DNA of 64,000 nt, taken from the NCBI GenBank assembly GCA_965203355.1, contig OZ241889.1, forward strand, positions 2,624,001 to 2,688,000, written 5' to 3'. Below, one piece after another: positions 39,755-49,138 of this stretch (its first letter is position 1; each line of letters starts with the position of its first letter). Position numbers and translations under genes: made by a program. The notes under the pieces were generated by a model. The model was given only the letters and a program-made list of their open reading frames with translations. It did not search any database and was not told where the DNA came from. Source of the DNA: Candidatus Latescibacterota bacterium (GTDB lineage Bacteria; Latescibacterota; UBA2968; UBA8231).

Positions 39755-40876
39755 ATGCGCTACGCCCCCAAGATTGCCCTTGCGCTAGCCAGCTTAGTCA
39801 TCGGGATTGTGCTGTGCGAGCTGGCGTTGAGCTTTCTACACCCGCAGATCTTTCGCCGACCCCCGGTTTGGCGCTACGACCCCGAACTGGGTTGGAGCCA
39901 TGTCCCGGGCCGCGTCGGCCGCTTGGTCACCCCGGAATTCGACGTGGAAATGCAGATCAATAGCATTGGATTGCGCGACCGCGAATTCGCAACAGAAAAG
40001 GCCGCGGGCATTCGCCGCGTGGCGCTGTTCGGCGACTCGTTTGTCGAGGGGTGGGGCGTGCCCATAGAGGCCGCGGTCAGCCGCCAACTCGAAGCCTGTC
40101 TTGGGTGGGAAGGGGCTGCGGTGGAGGTGGCTAACTTCGGGGTGGCTGGCTACGGCACCGATCAAGCGCTGCTGTTTTTTGAACAACAGGGCACGCGCTT
40201 TAAGGCCGATGAAGTAGTGCTCTTTTTTTACGGCAACGACCTGTGGAACAATGCGGCGCGCCGGGGCATTGGTGCCGAGCGGGGCTTCAAGCCCTACTTC
40301 CGGGTGCGGAGCAATGGGCAGCTTGCGCTCGCGGGCGTTCCAGTGCAGGAGTCGCGTTTTTGGCGGGAACCGGCCGGCGCGTTGCCCCTCGCAGTGCGGT
40401 TGGAGCGCTATTTCTCGCAGCACTGGCACTTGTACCGGCTGGTGCAAAAGGCGTGGCAGCCGGAGGTGCCGCACGGGCAGCAGCAGAATTTTTACGCGGG
40501 GCTGTACGGCGCGGACGCGCGCTTTGCGCCCGCGTGGGAGTTGACCGGCCGCATTCTCGCGGCCTTTAAGCAGAGCGTCGAGCAACACGGCGCCCGCCTG
40601 ACCGTCGCGTACGTGCCGTCAATCGTCCAAGTAGAAGAGGACAACTGGCGCACTAAGCGTGCGCTGTACGGTCTGATCGGCGAGTTTGACCTGAGCAAGC
40701 CCAATGCCAAGCTAGCCGGTTTTGCCGCCGAGTACGGATTCGCCTTGATAGACTTGCTCGACGAATTCAGGGAAAAGGCCCAATCCCAAACCCTGTATTG
40801 GCGCGATAGCCACTGGAACGAGGCTGGCCACGCCTTGGCGGCGGAGCGGCTCTGCGCGCATCTGCGGAGGCCCTAG
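39755..40876 (+). CDS. Membrane-anchored SGNH hydrolase / O-acyltransferase-like protein
   Basis: N-terminal TM, GDSF, GYGTDQ, GND, DSHWN. Confidence 0.88.
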   Translation: MRYAPKIALALASLVIGIVLCELALSFLHPQIFRRPPVWRYDPELGWSHVPGRVGRLVTPEFDVEMQINSIGLRDREFATEKAAGIRRVALFGDSFVEGWGVPIEAAVSRQLEACLGWEGAAVEVANFGVAGYGTDQALLFFEQQGTRFKADEVVLFFYGNDLWNNAARRGIGAERGFKPYFRVRSNGQLALAGVPVQESRFWREPAGALPLAVRLERYFSQHWHLYRLVQKAWQPEVPHGQQQNFYAGLYGADARFAPAWELTGRILAAFKQSVEQHGARLTVAYVPSIVQVEEDNWRTKRALYGLIGEFDLSKPNAKLAGFAAEYGFALIDLLDEFREKAQSQTLYWRDSHWNEAGHALAAERLCAHLRRP

Positions 40877-40879
40877 CTC

Positions 40880-43240
40880 GTGGCGTGGCACAAGGACTTG
40901 GGGGCAGTGGGGCTGCTCGGAGCGGCGGTCGCCATTTTCTTCTGGCCGGCCGCGGTGCTGGAAGGAGCGTTTTTCGTGCAGGACGTGATGGTGCAAAACC
41001 ACCCGTTCCGCGCCTTTTTCGCCCGCGCCCTCGGCGAAGGCCGGTTGCCGCTGTGGAATGCGGCCATCAACTGCGGCTTTCCGCTGTTTGCCGAAGGTCA
41101 GGCTGGCCCGCTCTATCCGCCGAATGTGATTTTGGCGTTGCTGCTGCCTACTTGGGCCGCGCTCAACTGGAACATTGTCCTGCATCTGTGGTTGGCGGGC
41201 GTGGGCATGTACGCGCTGGTGCGTGCTTTGGGCGCAGTGCGGCCAGCCGCGCTGTGCGCCGGGCTTTGCTACGCCTTGAGCGGGTACATGGTCGTGCGGG
41301 CCATGTCGCCCAACTTTATCGCTGTGTGCGCTTGGTTGCCGCTGCTGTTTTGGCTCGTCGATCGCATCCTGAAGCGAGGGCACTTTTTTTACGTCCTGCT
41401 CTTCGCGTTGGTGATTGGCTTGCAACTGCTGGCAGGCCATCCTCAAGCCGCTCTGTACGGGGCGGTCGCGGTCGCGGGTTACGGGCTCTATCGGAGTTGG
41501 GTGCAGGGGGGATGGATTGCTGGGCTGGCACTGGCTGGCGCATTCGTGCTCGGAGCGGCTTTAGCGGCCGTACAGCTCGTACCTACCGCTGAATTAGTAC
41601 AGCTCTCCAATCGCGGAGCGGGTTTGTCGTGGGCCAGCTTTGTGGCGATGTCGCTGCCGCCCGAGCGGCTGGTTACCTTGTTGTGGCCCAACTTCTTCGG
41701 CAATTCGGCGCACGGCACATACGGGAGTCGGGAGATAGGGTTCTTCATCCAGCTCTGCGCGTACATCGGCGTGGTGCCCCTATTTTTGGCTTGGGTGGCC
41801 CTGCGCGAGCGGCGGGACGGCCAAGTCGGTTTTTTTGTCGTGCTTGCCTTGGTCGGTTTGGTGCTCGCGCTGGGCAAATACACGGCCAGCTTTTCCTTGT
41901 TCTACCAAATTCCAGGGTTTAGCCTGTTCCGCATCCCAACGCGCTTTTTGTTGTGGTTTGCCGTGGGGGTGTCCGTGCTCTGCGGCCTCGGCCTCGACCA
42001 AGTGTTGCGCCGCGCGCGCCAACGGCCCGCGAATGGTTGGCTGTTGGCCGCCATCTTTGGGGTGGCTAGTGCGGGTCTGCTTTGGGTCAGCGAGATCGCG
42101 CTCTTTGGCGACGGCGCACAACCAACGCGCTACATCCACCACTTGCGCGGCGATGGCCTGCGGCTCGTGGGAGCGTTGATAATGGGCGGGTGGCTGCTCG
42201 GGCGGCGGATGCGGCCAGCCGTGGCGTGGGCCGCGCCCGTGGCCATTTTCGTCGAGCTGTACAGCTTTGGCGCGGATTTTAACGGCACGATAGACCCAAC
42301 CGCGTACACCGAGACGCCGGCGACCGCCCGCGAGATTTTGGCCGACCACACGGCCGCTGCGCCGCCGCGTATCGCGAGCTTGGTCAACGAGCGGAACTCG
42401 CCCTTTGACTGGCACGGAGGATGGGCGTACGACTTGGAGTCCTATCGGCGTTACAACGAGACCTTGCGGATGTATTCGGGCGGGCTGTACGGGGTGGCTA
42501 ACGCGCTGCCGGGATGGAGTCCGCTGCATCTGTATCGCCACGGGGAACTCGCTCGTGGCTATCCGGCGTTTGCCGCCTTGGCCGGCGTGGAATACGCGGT
42601 GCGCTACAGCCGAGATGGGGGCTTTGACGTGCAGCGACTGCCCGCGGCCTTACCCCGCGCATACGCGGTGGGCCAATATCACCTCGCTACTAGTCCGCGG
42701 GCTGGGCTGAGTTATATGGCCCGCGGGTTTCCCATGCGGCGCGAAGTCGTCTTGGAGGAAGCACCGGCCGCTTCGATTGGGCCGGGGGGCGCGGCGCAGA
42801 TCGTCCGCTATGAGGATGAGGAAGTCGCCGTGACCCTCGCCGACTCGGCCGGGGGAATTTTGGTTTTGAGCGATACGTACTATCCGGGCTGGCGCGCCTT
42901 TGTCGATGGGGTTGAGCACCCGATCCTGCGCGCCAATCACGTGTTCCGCGCCGTAGTGGTCCCGCCCGGGGCGAAAGAGGTCGTCTTTTCGTACAGGCCG
43001 GATAGTTTTCGCTATGGCTTGCTGGTCAGCGTGGCGGCGGCCGCGCTCTGGTTGGGACTGGCTTGGGGGGGCCGGCGGTTGATTTTGCCGCCGGGGCAGA
43101 ATATGCCAGCGGACGCCGGGGCGCGGTGGAAGGTTCGGGCTGTGCTGGGGGTCTTGATCGTCGCAATGCACGCAATAGCCACCCAGGGATCTTTGTGGAG
43201 TGGCTGGCTGGAACGTCTGCGGCTGGGAGTGGGGTCGTGA
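40880..43240 (+). CDS. YfhO-family multi-TM membrane protein (GT-C-like)
   Basis: PLWN...GFP, LYPP, GHPQ, FRIPTRF, SDTYYPGWRAFVDG, F.YRP. Confidence 0.88.
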   Translation: MAWHKDLGAVGLLGAAVAIFFWPAAVLEGAFFVQDVMVQNHPFRAFFARALGEGRLPLWNAAINCGFPLFAEGQAGPLYPPNVILALLLPTWAALNWNIVLHLWLAGVGMYALVRALGAVRPAALCAGLCYALSGYMVVRAMSPNFIAVCAWLPLLFWLVDRILKRGHFFYVLLFALVIGLQLLAGHPQAALYGAVAVAGYGLYRSWVQGGWIAGLALAGAFVLGAALAAVQLVPTAELVQLSNRGAGLSWASFVAMSLPPERLVTLLWPNFFGNSAHGTYGSREIGFFIQLCAYIGVVPLFLAWVALRERRDGQVGFFVVLALVGLVLALGKYTASFSLFYQIPGFSLFRIPTRFLLWFAVGVSVLCGLGLDQVLRRARQRPANGWLLAAIFGVASAGLLWVSEIALFGDGAQPTRYIHHLRGDGLRLVGALIMGGWLLGRRMRPAVAWAAPVAIFVELYSFGADFNGTIDPTAYTETPATAREILADHTAAAPPRIASLVNERNSPFDWHGGWAYDLESYRRYNETLRMYSGGLYGVANALPGWSPLHLYRHGELARGYPAFAALAGVEYAVRYSRDGGFDVQRLPAALPRAYAVGQYHLATSPRAGLSYMARGFPMRREVVLEEAPAASIGPGGAAQIVRYEDEEVAVTLADSAGGILVLSDTYYPGWRAFVDGVEHPILRANHVFRAVVVPPGAKEVVFSYRPDSFRYGLLVSVAAAALWLGLAWGGRRLILPPGQNMPADAGARWKVRAVLGVLIVAMHAIATQGSLWSGWLERLRLGVGS

Positions 43241-45081
43241 CGGCCGGCATCATCGGGCTGGTCACTGGGGTTGTCGCGCTCTCAGTCTATGGGATGACGC
43301 TGTGCCCAACTGTATACGTGGAAGGGAGCGGCGAGTTGATCGGGGCGGCCTACGGGTTGGGGACCGCGCATCCGACCGGGTATCCCTTGTTCTGCCTCGG
43401 CAGCCGCTTGCTCGCGCTGGTGCTGCCGTGGGGTAGTCCGGCTATGGCGATCAATGCCGCGTCGGCCCTGTTTGCTGCGGCCTGTTGCGGGGCCTTGGCG
43501 ACCGTACTCTACGGGCGCGAGGTGCGGCCTGTGGCGGCTTGTGCCGCGGCCTTGGTGTTGGCGTTTTCGCGCACCTTTTGGTCCCAGGCCGTCATCGCCG
43601 AAGTCTATGGCTTGGCCTTGTTGCTGGTGGTTTTGGTCTTGGCTCAAACGCTTAGCGTGTGTGAGCACAAGGAGCCGCGCCAAGTGCTCCTCTTGGGCTG
43701 GCTCATGGGCTTGGGACTCACGGCTCACTTGATGCAGGTACTCGTGTGGCCGGGTATAGTCGCGGTCTTGGCTTGGCGCTGGCCCGCGCTGTGGCGGCAG
43801 CCCGTATTGCTGGCGCAGGGACTGCTCGCGGCACTGGCGGGATACAGCTTGGTGGCGTATCTGCCGCTGCGCAATGGCCGGGGCGAGGGATTTCACTGGG
43901 GGCCGCTCGGCGACTTAGCGGCCCTGTGGCAGCACTTGAGTGGTGCGCTGTATCGCTCGTCGTTTTTTTCGTTGCCCTTAGAAGGTATGCTGCTCAACGC
44001 CCAGCGCTGGCTGGTGCAGGCTGTGGGCGAGTTCCACTTCACCTTAGTGCCGTTGGTTGCTTGGGGTGGCTTGGTGGCTTGGCAGCGCGATCGCAGTGCG
44101 TTTGTCTTGGTTGGGGGAGCCATCGCCTGCAACCTGATCGCGGCACTCAACTACCACCGCGATCCCAATGGCTTGCCCGTGTTTTACCTGCTCAGCATAG
44201 TGGGGTTGGCGGTGTGGTTGGGCATGGGGTTGGATGCGTTGGCTCGCCGGGTGCGGCCAGTCGTCTCGGTGCCTGTCGCCGCGCTCGTCGTCGCCGTGGT
44301 GTTCATCTCGCACTACGAGGAATCCGACCGCAGCGAAAATTGGGTGGCCGACCGCTATGGCCGCGATATTCTCGCCGACTTGCCCGAGGGCGCGATCTTG
44401 ATTACCGAGGGAGACGATGCGGCCTTTGTGCTCGACTACCTGTTGCGCCTAGAGGGCTTGCGCCCGGATGTGACCCTGTACAATCGCATGGGCCGAGGGA
44501 CGGATGTACTGGCTTGGAGCGAGTACGCGCTGTCGCCGCTCAAGCGGGATCGGCTGCGCTGGCAGCGCGAGGCGGCTTTGGCTCGGGGCACGCGGCCTCT
44601 TTTTTATTTTGTTCCGCGCCGAGCGCCGATCTCGGGCTGGGTGTTTGTACCGGCTGGATTGGTCTATCGCCTGCAAGCACCAGACGACAGCACGGGGGCC
44701 GCTCCGCCGCTCGAGATGGGCAATGCGTTGAGCACGGGCTTTTTCCGCGACCCGTGGGTGCGAAAGATCCAGAGCAATTACTATTTCATGGCCGGCGAGG
44801 AGTGCCTGTGGGCTGGGGATCGAACTGGGGCGGTGGCCGCGTACGAGCAGGCCGCGGCTGTGGCTTTTGACTCGCGCACTACTCGTTTTAATGTGGCGCT
44901 TAAGCTGTTTGAAGCGGGCGAGATGGAGCGCGCTATGAGTCATGCGAAAGACGCGGCGGCCATCGACCCTTGGCGACCTACGCCCTATCGCTTGATGGCG
45001 CACATCGAGCGCGAACAGGGGCGCTATGACGCGGCGCGTCAACTACTCAGAAAGGCAGGTGAATTACAGCGAGTGCCTTGA
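43237..45081 (+). CDS. DUF2723 (TMEM260-like GT-C) membrane protein with C-terminal TPRs
   Basis: GTGA-coupled start; AHPTGYPL, FWSQAVIAEVY, YLPLR, RPDV; TPR-like tail. Confidence 0.85.
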   Translation: MTAGIIGLVTGVVALSVYGMTLCPTVYVEGSGELIGAAYGLGTAHPTGYPLFCLGSRLLALVLPWGSPAMAINAASALFAAACCGALATVLYGREVRPVAACAAALVLAFSRTFWSQAVIAEVYGLALLLVVLVLAQTLSVCEHKEPRQVLLLGWLMGLGLTAHLMQVLVWPGIVAVLAWRWPALWRQPVLLAQGLLAALAGYSLVAYLPLRNGRGEGFHWGPLGDLAALWQHLSGALYRSSFFSLPLEGMLLNAQRWLVQAVGEFHFTLVPLVAWGGLVAWQRDRSAFVLVGGAIACNLIAALNYHRDPNGLPVFYLLSIVGLAVWLGMGLDALARRVRPVVSVPVAALVVAVVFISHYEESDRSENWVADRYGRDILADLPEGAILITEGDDAAFVLDYLLRLEGLRPDVTLYNRMGRGTDVLAWSEYALSPLKRDRLRWQREAALARGTRPLFYFVPRRAPISGWVFVPAGLVYRLQAPDDSTGAAPPLEMGNALSTGFFRDPWVRKIQSNYYFMAGEECLWAGDRTGAVAAYEQAAAVAFDSRTTRFNVALKLFEAGEMERAMSHAKDAAAIDPWRPTPYRLMAHIEREQGRYDAARQLLRKAGELQRVP

Positions 45082-45141
45082 CGGGGTTGTACGGCCCGTA
45101 TTTATTGGATTTTGCTCATTGAATAAAAGGGAGACCTTTCA

Positions 45142-46158
45142 ATGAATTCAAGCAATTGGACATTTGTCGATTTGTTTGCTGGAATTGGCGGGATGCGTAT
45201 TCCGTTTGCAGAGTTAGGTGGAGAATGTGTTTTTAGTTCGGAGTGGGATGAGTCTGCCCAGCGGACTTATTATAGCAACTTCGATGATATGCCAGCAGGT
45301 GACATTACAAAGATTGACGAAGCGGCCATTCCCGACCATGATGTGTTGTTAGCGGGTTTTCCTTGTCAACCGTTTAGCATTATAGGCAATAAGCAAGGTT
45401 TTGGCGATACCAGAGGGACTTTGTTCTTTGACATAGAGCGAATTTTAAGAAAAAAGCAGCCGCAGGCATTTCTGCTGGAAAACGTGAGGCAATTGGTAAG
45501 TCACGATAAAGGAAGAACTTTTTTTATTATTCGCGAACGTCTCGAAGAGTTGGGATATACGATATACTATAAAACATTGAATGCGCTCGATTTTGGATTG
45601 CCGCAAAAAAGAGAACGGATTTTCATCGTTGGGTTCAGGGAACAGATAGTCTTTGATTTTCCCATGGGCAATGGGAAATATAAGCCTTTGTCAGAGATTC
45701 TCGATCCAGATGACGAAGTGGACGCCAACTTCTTCGCATCGGAAAGAATCCAAAGATCTCGTCTTAAAAAGTGCAAGATAGAGCCGTTTTACCCTTCTAT
45801 ATGGCATGAAAATAAAGGAGGTAATATATCGGTATTGCCATTTTCGTGTGCGTTGCGAGCCGGAGCGTCTTATAACTATCTCTTGGTGAATGGCATTCGG
45901 CGTTTTTCAGCGAGAGAACTCTTGCGGCTTCAGGGCTTTCCCGAAGATTTTAAGATTGTTGTAAATATTACGCAGCTTAGGAAACAGACTGGAAACAGCG
46001 TCGCGGTTCCAGTGATTCGTGCGATTGCTGAGAAAATGCAGGAAGCTTTACGGCAACGAAAACGGTCTGAACCTCATACTAAGCAACTCAGCTTTTTTGA
46101 ACAATCGCCGATAGAGGGCTTGATATGTGGGCGAATTTTGGCGTCGCTATTCAGATAA
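45142..46158 (+). CDS. C5-cytosine DNA methyltransferase (M.HaeII-like context)
   Basis: DLFAGIGG, GFPCQ, ENV, QKRERIF, RLQGFP, GNSV; AT-rich. Confidence 0.95.
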   Translation: MNSSNWTFVDLFAGIGGMRIPFAELGGECVFSSEWDESAQRTYYSNFDDMPAGDITKIDEAAIPDHDVLLAGFPCQPFSIIGNKQGFGDTRGTLFFDIERILRKKQPQAFLLENVRQLVSHDKGRTFFIIRERLEELGYTIYYKTLNALDFGLPQKRERIFIVGFREQIVFDFPMGNGKYKPLSEILDPDDEVDANFFASERIQRSRLKKCKIEPFYPSIWHENKGGNISVLPFSCALRAGASYNYLLVNGIRRFSARELLRLQGFPEDFKIVVNITQLRKQTGNSVAVPVIRAIAEKMQEALRQRKRSEPHTKQLSFFEQSPIEGLICGRILASLFR

Positions 46159-46502
46159 AGCATTTATCTCTCACACCTCCAATGATGGATGACATTGCTA
46201 GCGACATAACAGCCGACAGAGTTGTCATTGTTTGCAAAGAGTGCGAGAGGAAAGTTCTCGTTTCTGTGTTGCAGCAATTCGGAAGTGCCAGCAAGATTCA
46301 GAGTGTGATAACAGAAGAAGATCTCGACATATGGTATAGAAAAGCTCTGAGAGGACGATCGGCAAAGTTGATAGGAAATAGAGTGATGAAAAGGTTAGAA
46401 GATGAAATCAAAGTTGAATTTCCTTCGACCACTGAATTTGAAAGTTTTTTTACTCAAAGAGGCTATGATTTTTTGTCGTTTGTCGGTATTTGGGGCGATT
46501 GA
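46107..46502 (+). pseudogene. C-terminal fragment of a HaeII-family restriction endonuclease
   Basis: ADRGLDMWANFGVAIQIKHLSL...ADRVVIVCK...IQSVITEEDL..WY.KALRG...EFP matches the recalled HaeII C-terminal part; N-terminal portion missing. Confidence 0.75.
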
Positions 46503-46581
46503 GTTACCGATGGTTCCGCATCAAGATGTGTAAGGTCAAAGGGTCCCGCCACTTCCCCTTTTTACGCCGCTGAGGGGTGCC

Positions 46582-47046
46582 ATGGAAAAGTTAAACCGCA
46601 TACTCAAGCCGAACAAGATCGTCCTAAACCTCGCGGCGCAGCGCAACTTCTATGCCATCCGCGAATTGGCTACCGTGCTGTTGCAAGACGAGGTGGTCTC
46701 CGATCAGAAGCGCTTGATCGCGGCCTTGATCCGGCGCGAGCAACAGGCCTCTACGGGCATTGGCAAGGGCGTGGCCATACCCCATGCGTACGAGGATGGG
46801 ATCCAGGGTCAGCTCTTGGCCATCGGCATCTCTCAGGGCGGTATTGATTTTGGCGCACCCGATGGTCAACTCGTCCACATCATCGCGCTATTGGTCACGC
46901 CCCTCCAACACCAAAAACAGCACATGGTGCTGCTGGCCGCCTTGTCGCAGCGCTTGCAGCAAGAGAAAGTGCGCCAGCGCTTGCTGCAAGCGGCTGATGC
47001 GGCCGAGGTCGTCGATATTTTTACTGGCACTTCACCGGTCGGCTGA
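46582..47046 (+). CDS. PTS EIIA (fructose/nitrogen-type) domain protein
   Basis: RE..STGIGKGVAIPHA, FGAPDG, H..LL..LS. Confidence 0.92.
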   Translation: MEKLNRILKPNKIVLNLAAQRNFYAIRELATVLLQDEVVSDQKRLIAALIRREQQASTGIGKGVAIPHAYEDGIQGQLLAIGISQGGIDFGAPDGQLVHIIALLVTPLQHQKQHMVLLAALSQRLQQEKVRQRLLQAADAAEVVDIFTGTSPVG

Positions 47047-47062
47047 ACGCAGCGCAAAAATC

Positions 47063-49138
47063 ATGGTTCCAGCATTTACTAGGGCAGTACACGCACCCCT
47101 GTTTGAGCAGCACTCGTGCTTTCTCGCTGGGCCGCTCGTGGCCGGGCAGCGGCAGGCCCTGATCGAGCGGCTACGGGTTTTGCTCGCAGCCGGGGTGCCT
47201 GGGTACGCAATTTTGGTGCTGTTGCCCGACCGGGCGACTGTGCGGCACTTTCGCCAAGCCATTGATCGGCTCGACTTGGGTCCGTACAGCAGCGTCGATC
47301 TACAGACGTACTACGGGCTGGCGAGTCGATTGGTGCGGCTGTTTTGGCCATTGGTAGCTGGCAAGGTCGGCTTTGCGGCCCCAGCGCGACCGCCGGTTTT
47401 CCTCAACTACGAGGCCGCCCAATACCTGATGGGGCAGGTGGTGGAGCCGCTGCTCGCCGAGGGCTATTTCGAGGGATTGTACCTGCGGCCCCAGCGCATT
47501 CTCTCCCAGTTGCTCGACAATCTAAACAAGGCGGCCGTAGCGGATTTCGCGCTCGCGGAGGTGGCACCGCGGCTGAGTCGCGCTTGGGTTGGGGAGGAGC
47601 AGCGGCTGCGCGTGTACGATCAGGTGCAGACGTGCATCGACCGCTACCGCCGCTACTGTCTGCGGCACGGATTGCTCGACGCGTCGCTGGTCTTTGAAGT
47701 ATGCAACCGCCACTTGATCGCGCAGGAGGAATTCTGGTGCTACTTCACCGAGCGCTATCATCACCTTTTGGTTGACTCGGCTGAGGAACTAGTGCCGGTG
47801 GCTGGCGATCTGGTGCGGCGACTCTTGCCGCGGTGCGATTCGGCCCTGTTGGGCGGAGACGCGCAAGCTGGCTTTCGCCTCTTTTTAGGCGTTGATGCGC
47901 CCGGAGCCACTGAGCTACAGCAGCAGTGCAAGGAGACGATCGCGGCCGCGCCCGAGGTCTGTGCCAGCCGAGATATGGTGGCCTTTGCCGACCGGCTTGG
48001 CGCGAAGTTGGGTCAAGCAACCGACCGAGCATCAGGCGGATCGCCGCGGCAGGCGGTAGCCGATGTGGTGCAGGCCCGCTACCGAGGGCAGATGATCGAG
48101 GCCGTGGCCCAGCGGATCGTCCAGAAGATCGCCGAGGGCGTGGCCCCGGGCGACATCGCGGTCGTGGCGCCCCACGCCGACGGGGTATTGCGCTTTGTTT
48201 TGTCCGAGACTTTTCGCGCCGCCGACATCCCCTTTGCGATTGTGCGGCGCTACGAGACATTGCGCGAAGAGCCGGTGGTGCGCGCCTGTCTGGCACTGGC
48301 CGTTCTCGCCCACCCCGATTGGGGGTTGCAACTCTCGCTCTTTGATTTGTCTGGAGCGTTGGAACGGGCGCTCAAGCCCCTCGACCGGCTGCGCGCCGGA
48401 TTGATTGCGCGACACTTGTACGACGTACGTTCAGGTCAACTTAAACCTGCGAGTGCGTTGAATGCGGCCATGGAAGAGCGGCTAGGCCGGGCTGCGCTCG
48501 CGCGCTATGAAGCCCTCCGCACTTGGATCGAGGCGTATCGCAGCGGCGCGGCCGACCCTTGGGATCACTTTTTGCGCCGGCTCTTCGGAGAAGTGCTGTC
48601 GCACGCGGCGCTGGAGCCTGAAGACGCCGAAGTGTACAGCAAACTGATCGCCTCGGCTGCCTCGTTCCGCGAGGTGGCTCCAGCGATGGCGTTAGCGGGC
48701 GCGGCGGTTGGTCAGCGCTACGTCGAGATGATAGGGTCCGGGGTCGTCGCCGCTCAATACCTGACCGATGTCGATCTCGACGAGGCGCCCGAGTCCATTG
48801 CCCTGGTCGCGCCAGTCTATACCTATTTGCTCTCTGGCCACGTGGCGCGCTACCAGTTTTGGCTGGACATTGGCTCGGCCAACTGGTGGGAGCCGCTGCA
48901 CCAGCCCTTGACCAACCACTACGTGCTGACCCGGCGCTGGAGTCCAGAGGAACGCTGGACCGACGCGGTGGATCACTCGATCCGCAACCGGAACCTCTAT
49001 CGCTTGATTCGGGGCCTATGCCTGCGCTGTCGCGATGGGATTTACCTTTGCGCCAGCGACTCAGAAGGCCACGGCTCGGCGCAGGATGGGCCGCTGATGA
49101 TGGCGGTCCAACAGGTGTTGCAGGAGGATCGCCGGTGA
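47063..49138 (+). CDS. UvrD-like (SF1) helicase homologue with degenerate ATPase motifs
   Basis: GPLVAGQR at the Walker A position (no GKT), QTYYGLA (Ib), HLLVDSAEE (Walker B-like), GDIAVVAP, QFWLD. Confidence 0.75.
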   Translation: MVPAFTRAVHAPLFEQHSCFLAGPLVAGQRQALIERLRVLLAAGVPGYAILVLLPDRATVRHFRQAIDRLDLGPYSSVDLQTYYGLASRLVRLFWPLVAGKVGFAAPARPPVFLNYEAAQYLMGQVVEPLLAEGYFEGLYLRPQRILSQLLDNLNKAAVADFALAEVAPRLSRAWVGEEQRLRVYDQVQTCIDRYRRYCLRHGLLDASLVFEVCNRHLIAQEEFWCYFTERYHHLLVDSAEELVPVAGDLVRRLLPRCDSALLGGDAQAGFRLFLGVDAPGATELQQQCKETIAAAPEVCASRDMVAFADRLGAKLGQATDRASGGSPRQAVADVVQARYRGQMIEAVAQRIVQKIAEGVAPGDIAVVAPHADGVLRFVLSETFRAADIPFAIVRRYETLREEPVVRACLALAVLAHPDWGLQLSLFDLSGALERALKPLDRLRAGLIARHLYDVRSGQLKPASALNAAMEERLGRAALARYEALRTWIEAYRSGAADPWDHFLRRLFGEVLSHAALEPEDAEVYSKLIASAASFREVAPAMALAGAAVGQRYVEMIGSGVVAAQYLTDVDLDEAPESIALVAPVYTYLLSGHVARYQFWLDIGSANWWEPLHQPLTNHYVLTRRWSPEERWTDAVDHSIRNRNLYRLIRGLCLRCRDGIYLCASDSEGHGSAQDGPLMMAVQQVLQEDRR

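Noticed and set aside
46582-47046. PTS EIIA as a subunit of the helicase-nuclease system
   Set aside because: Adjacent and co-oriented, but no mechanistic link is visible; needs synteny evidence
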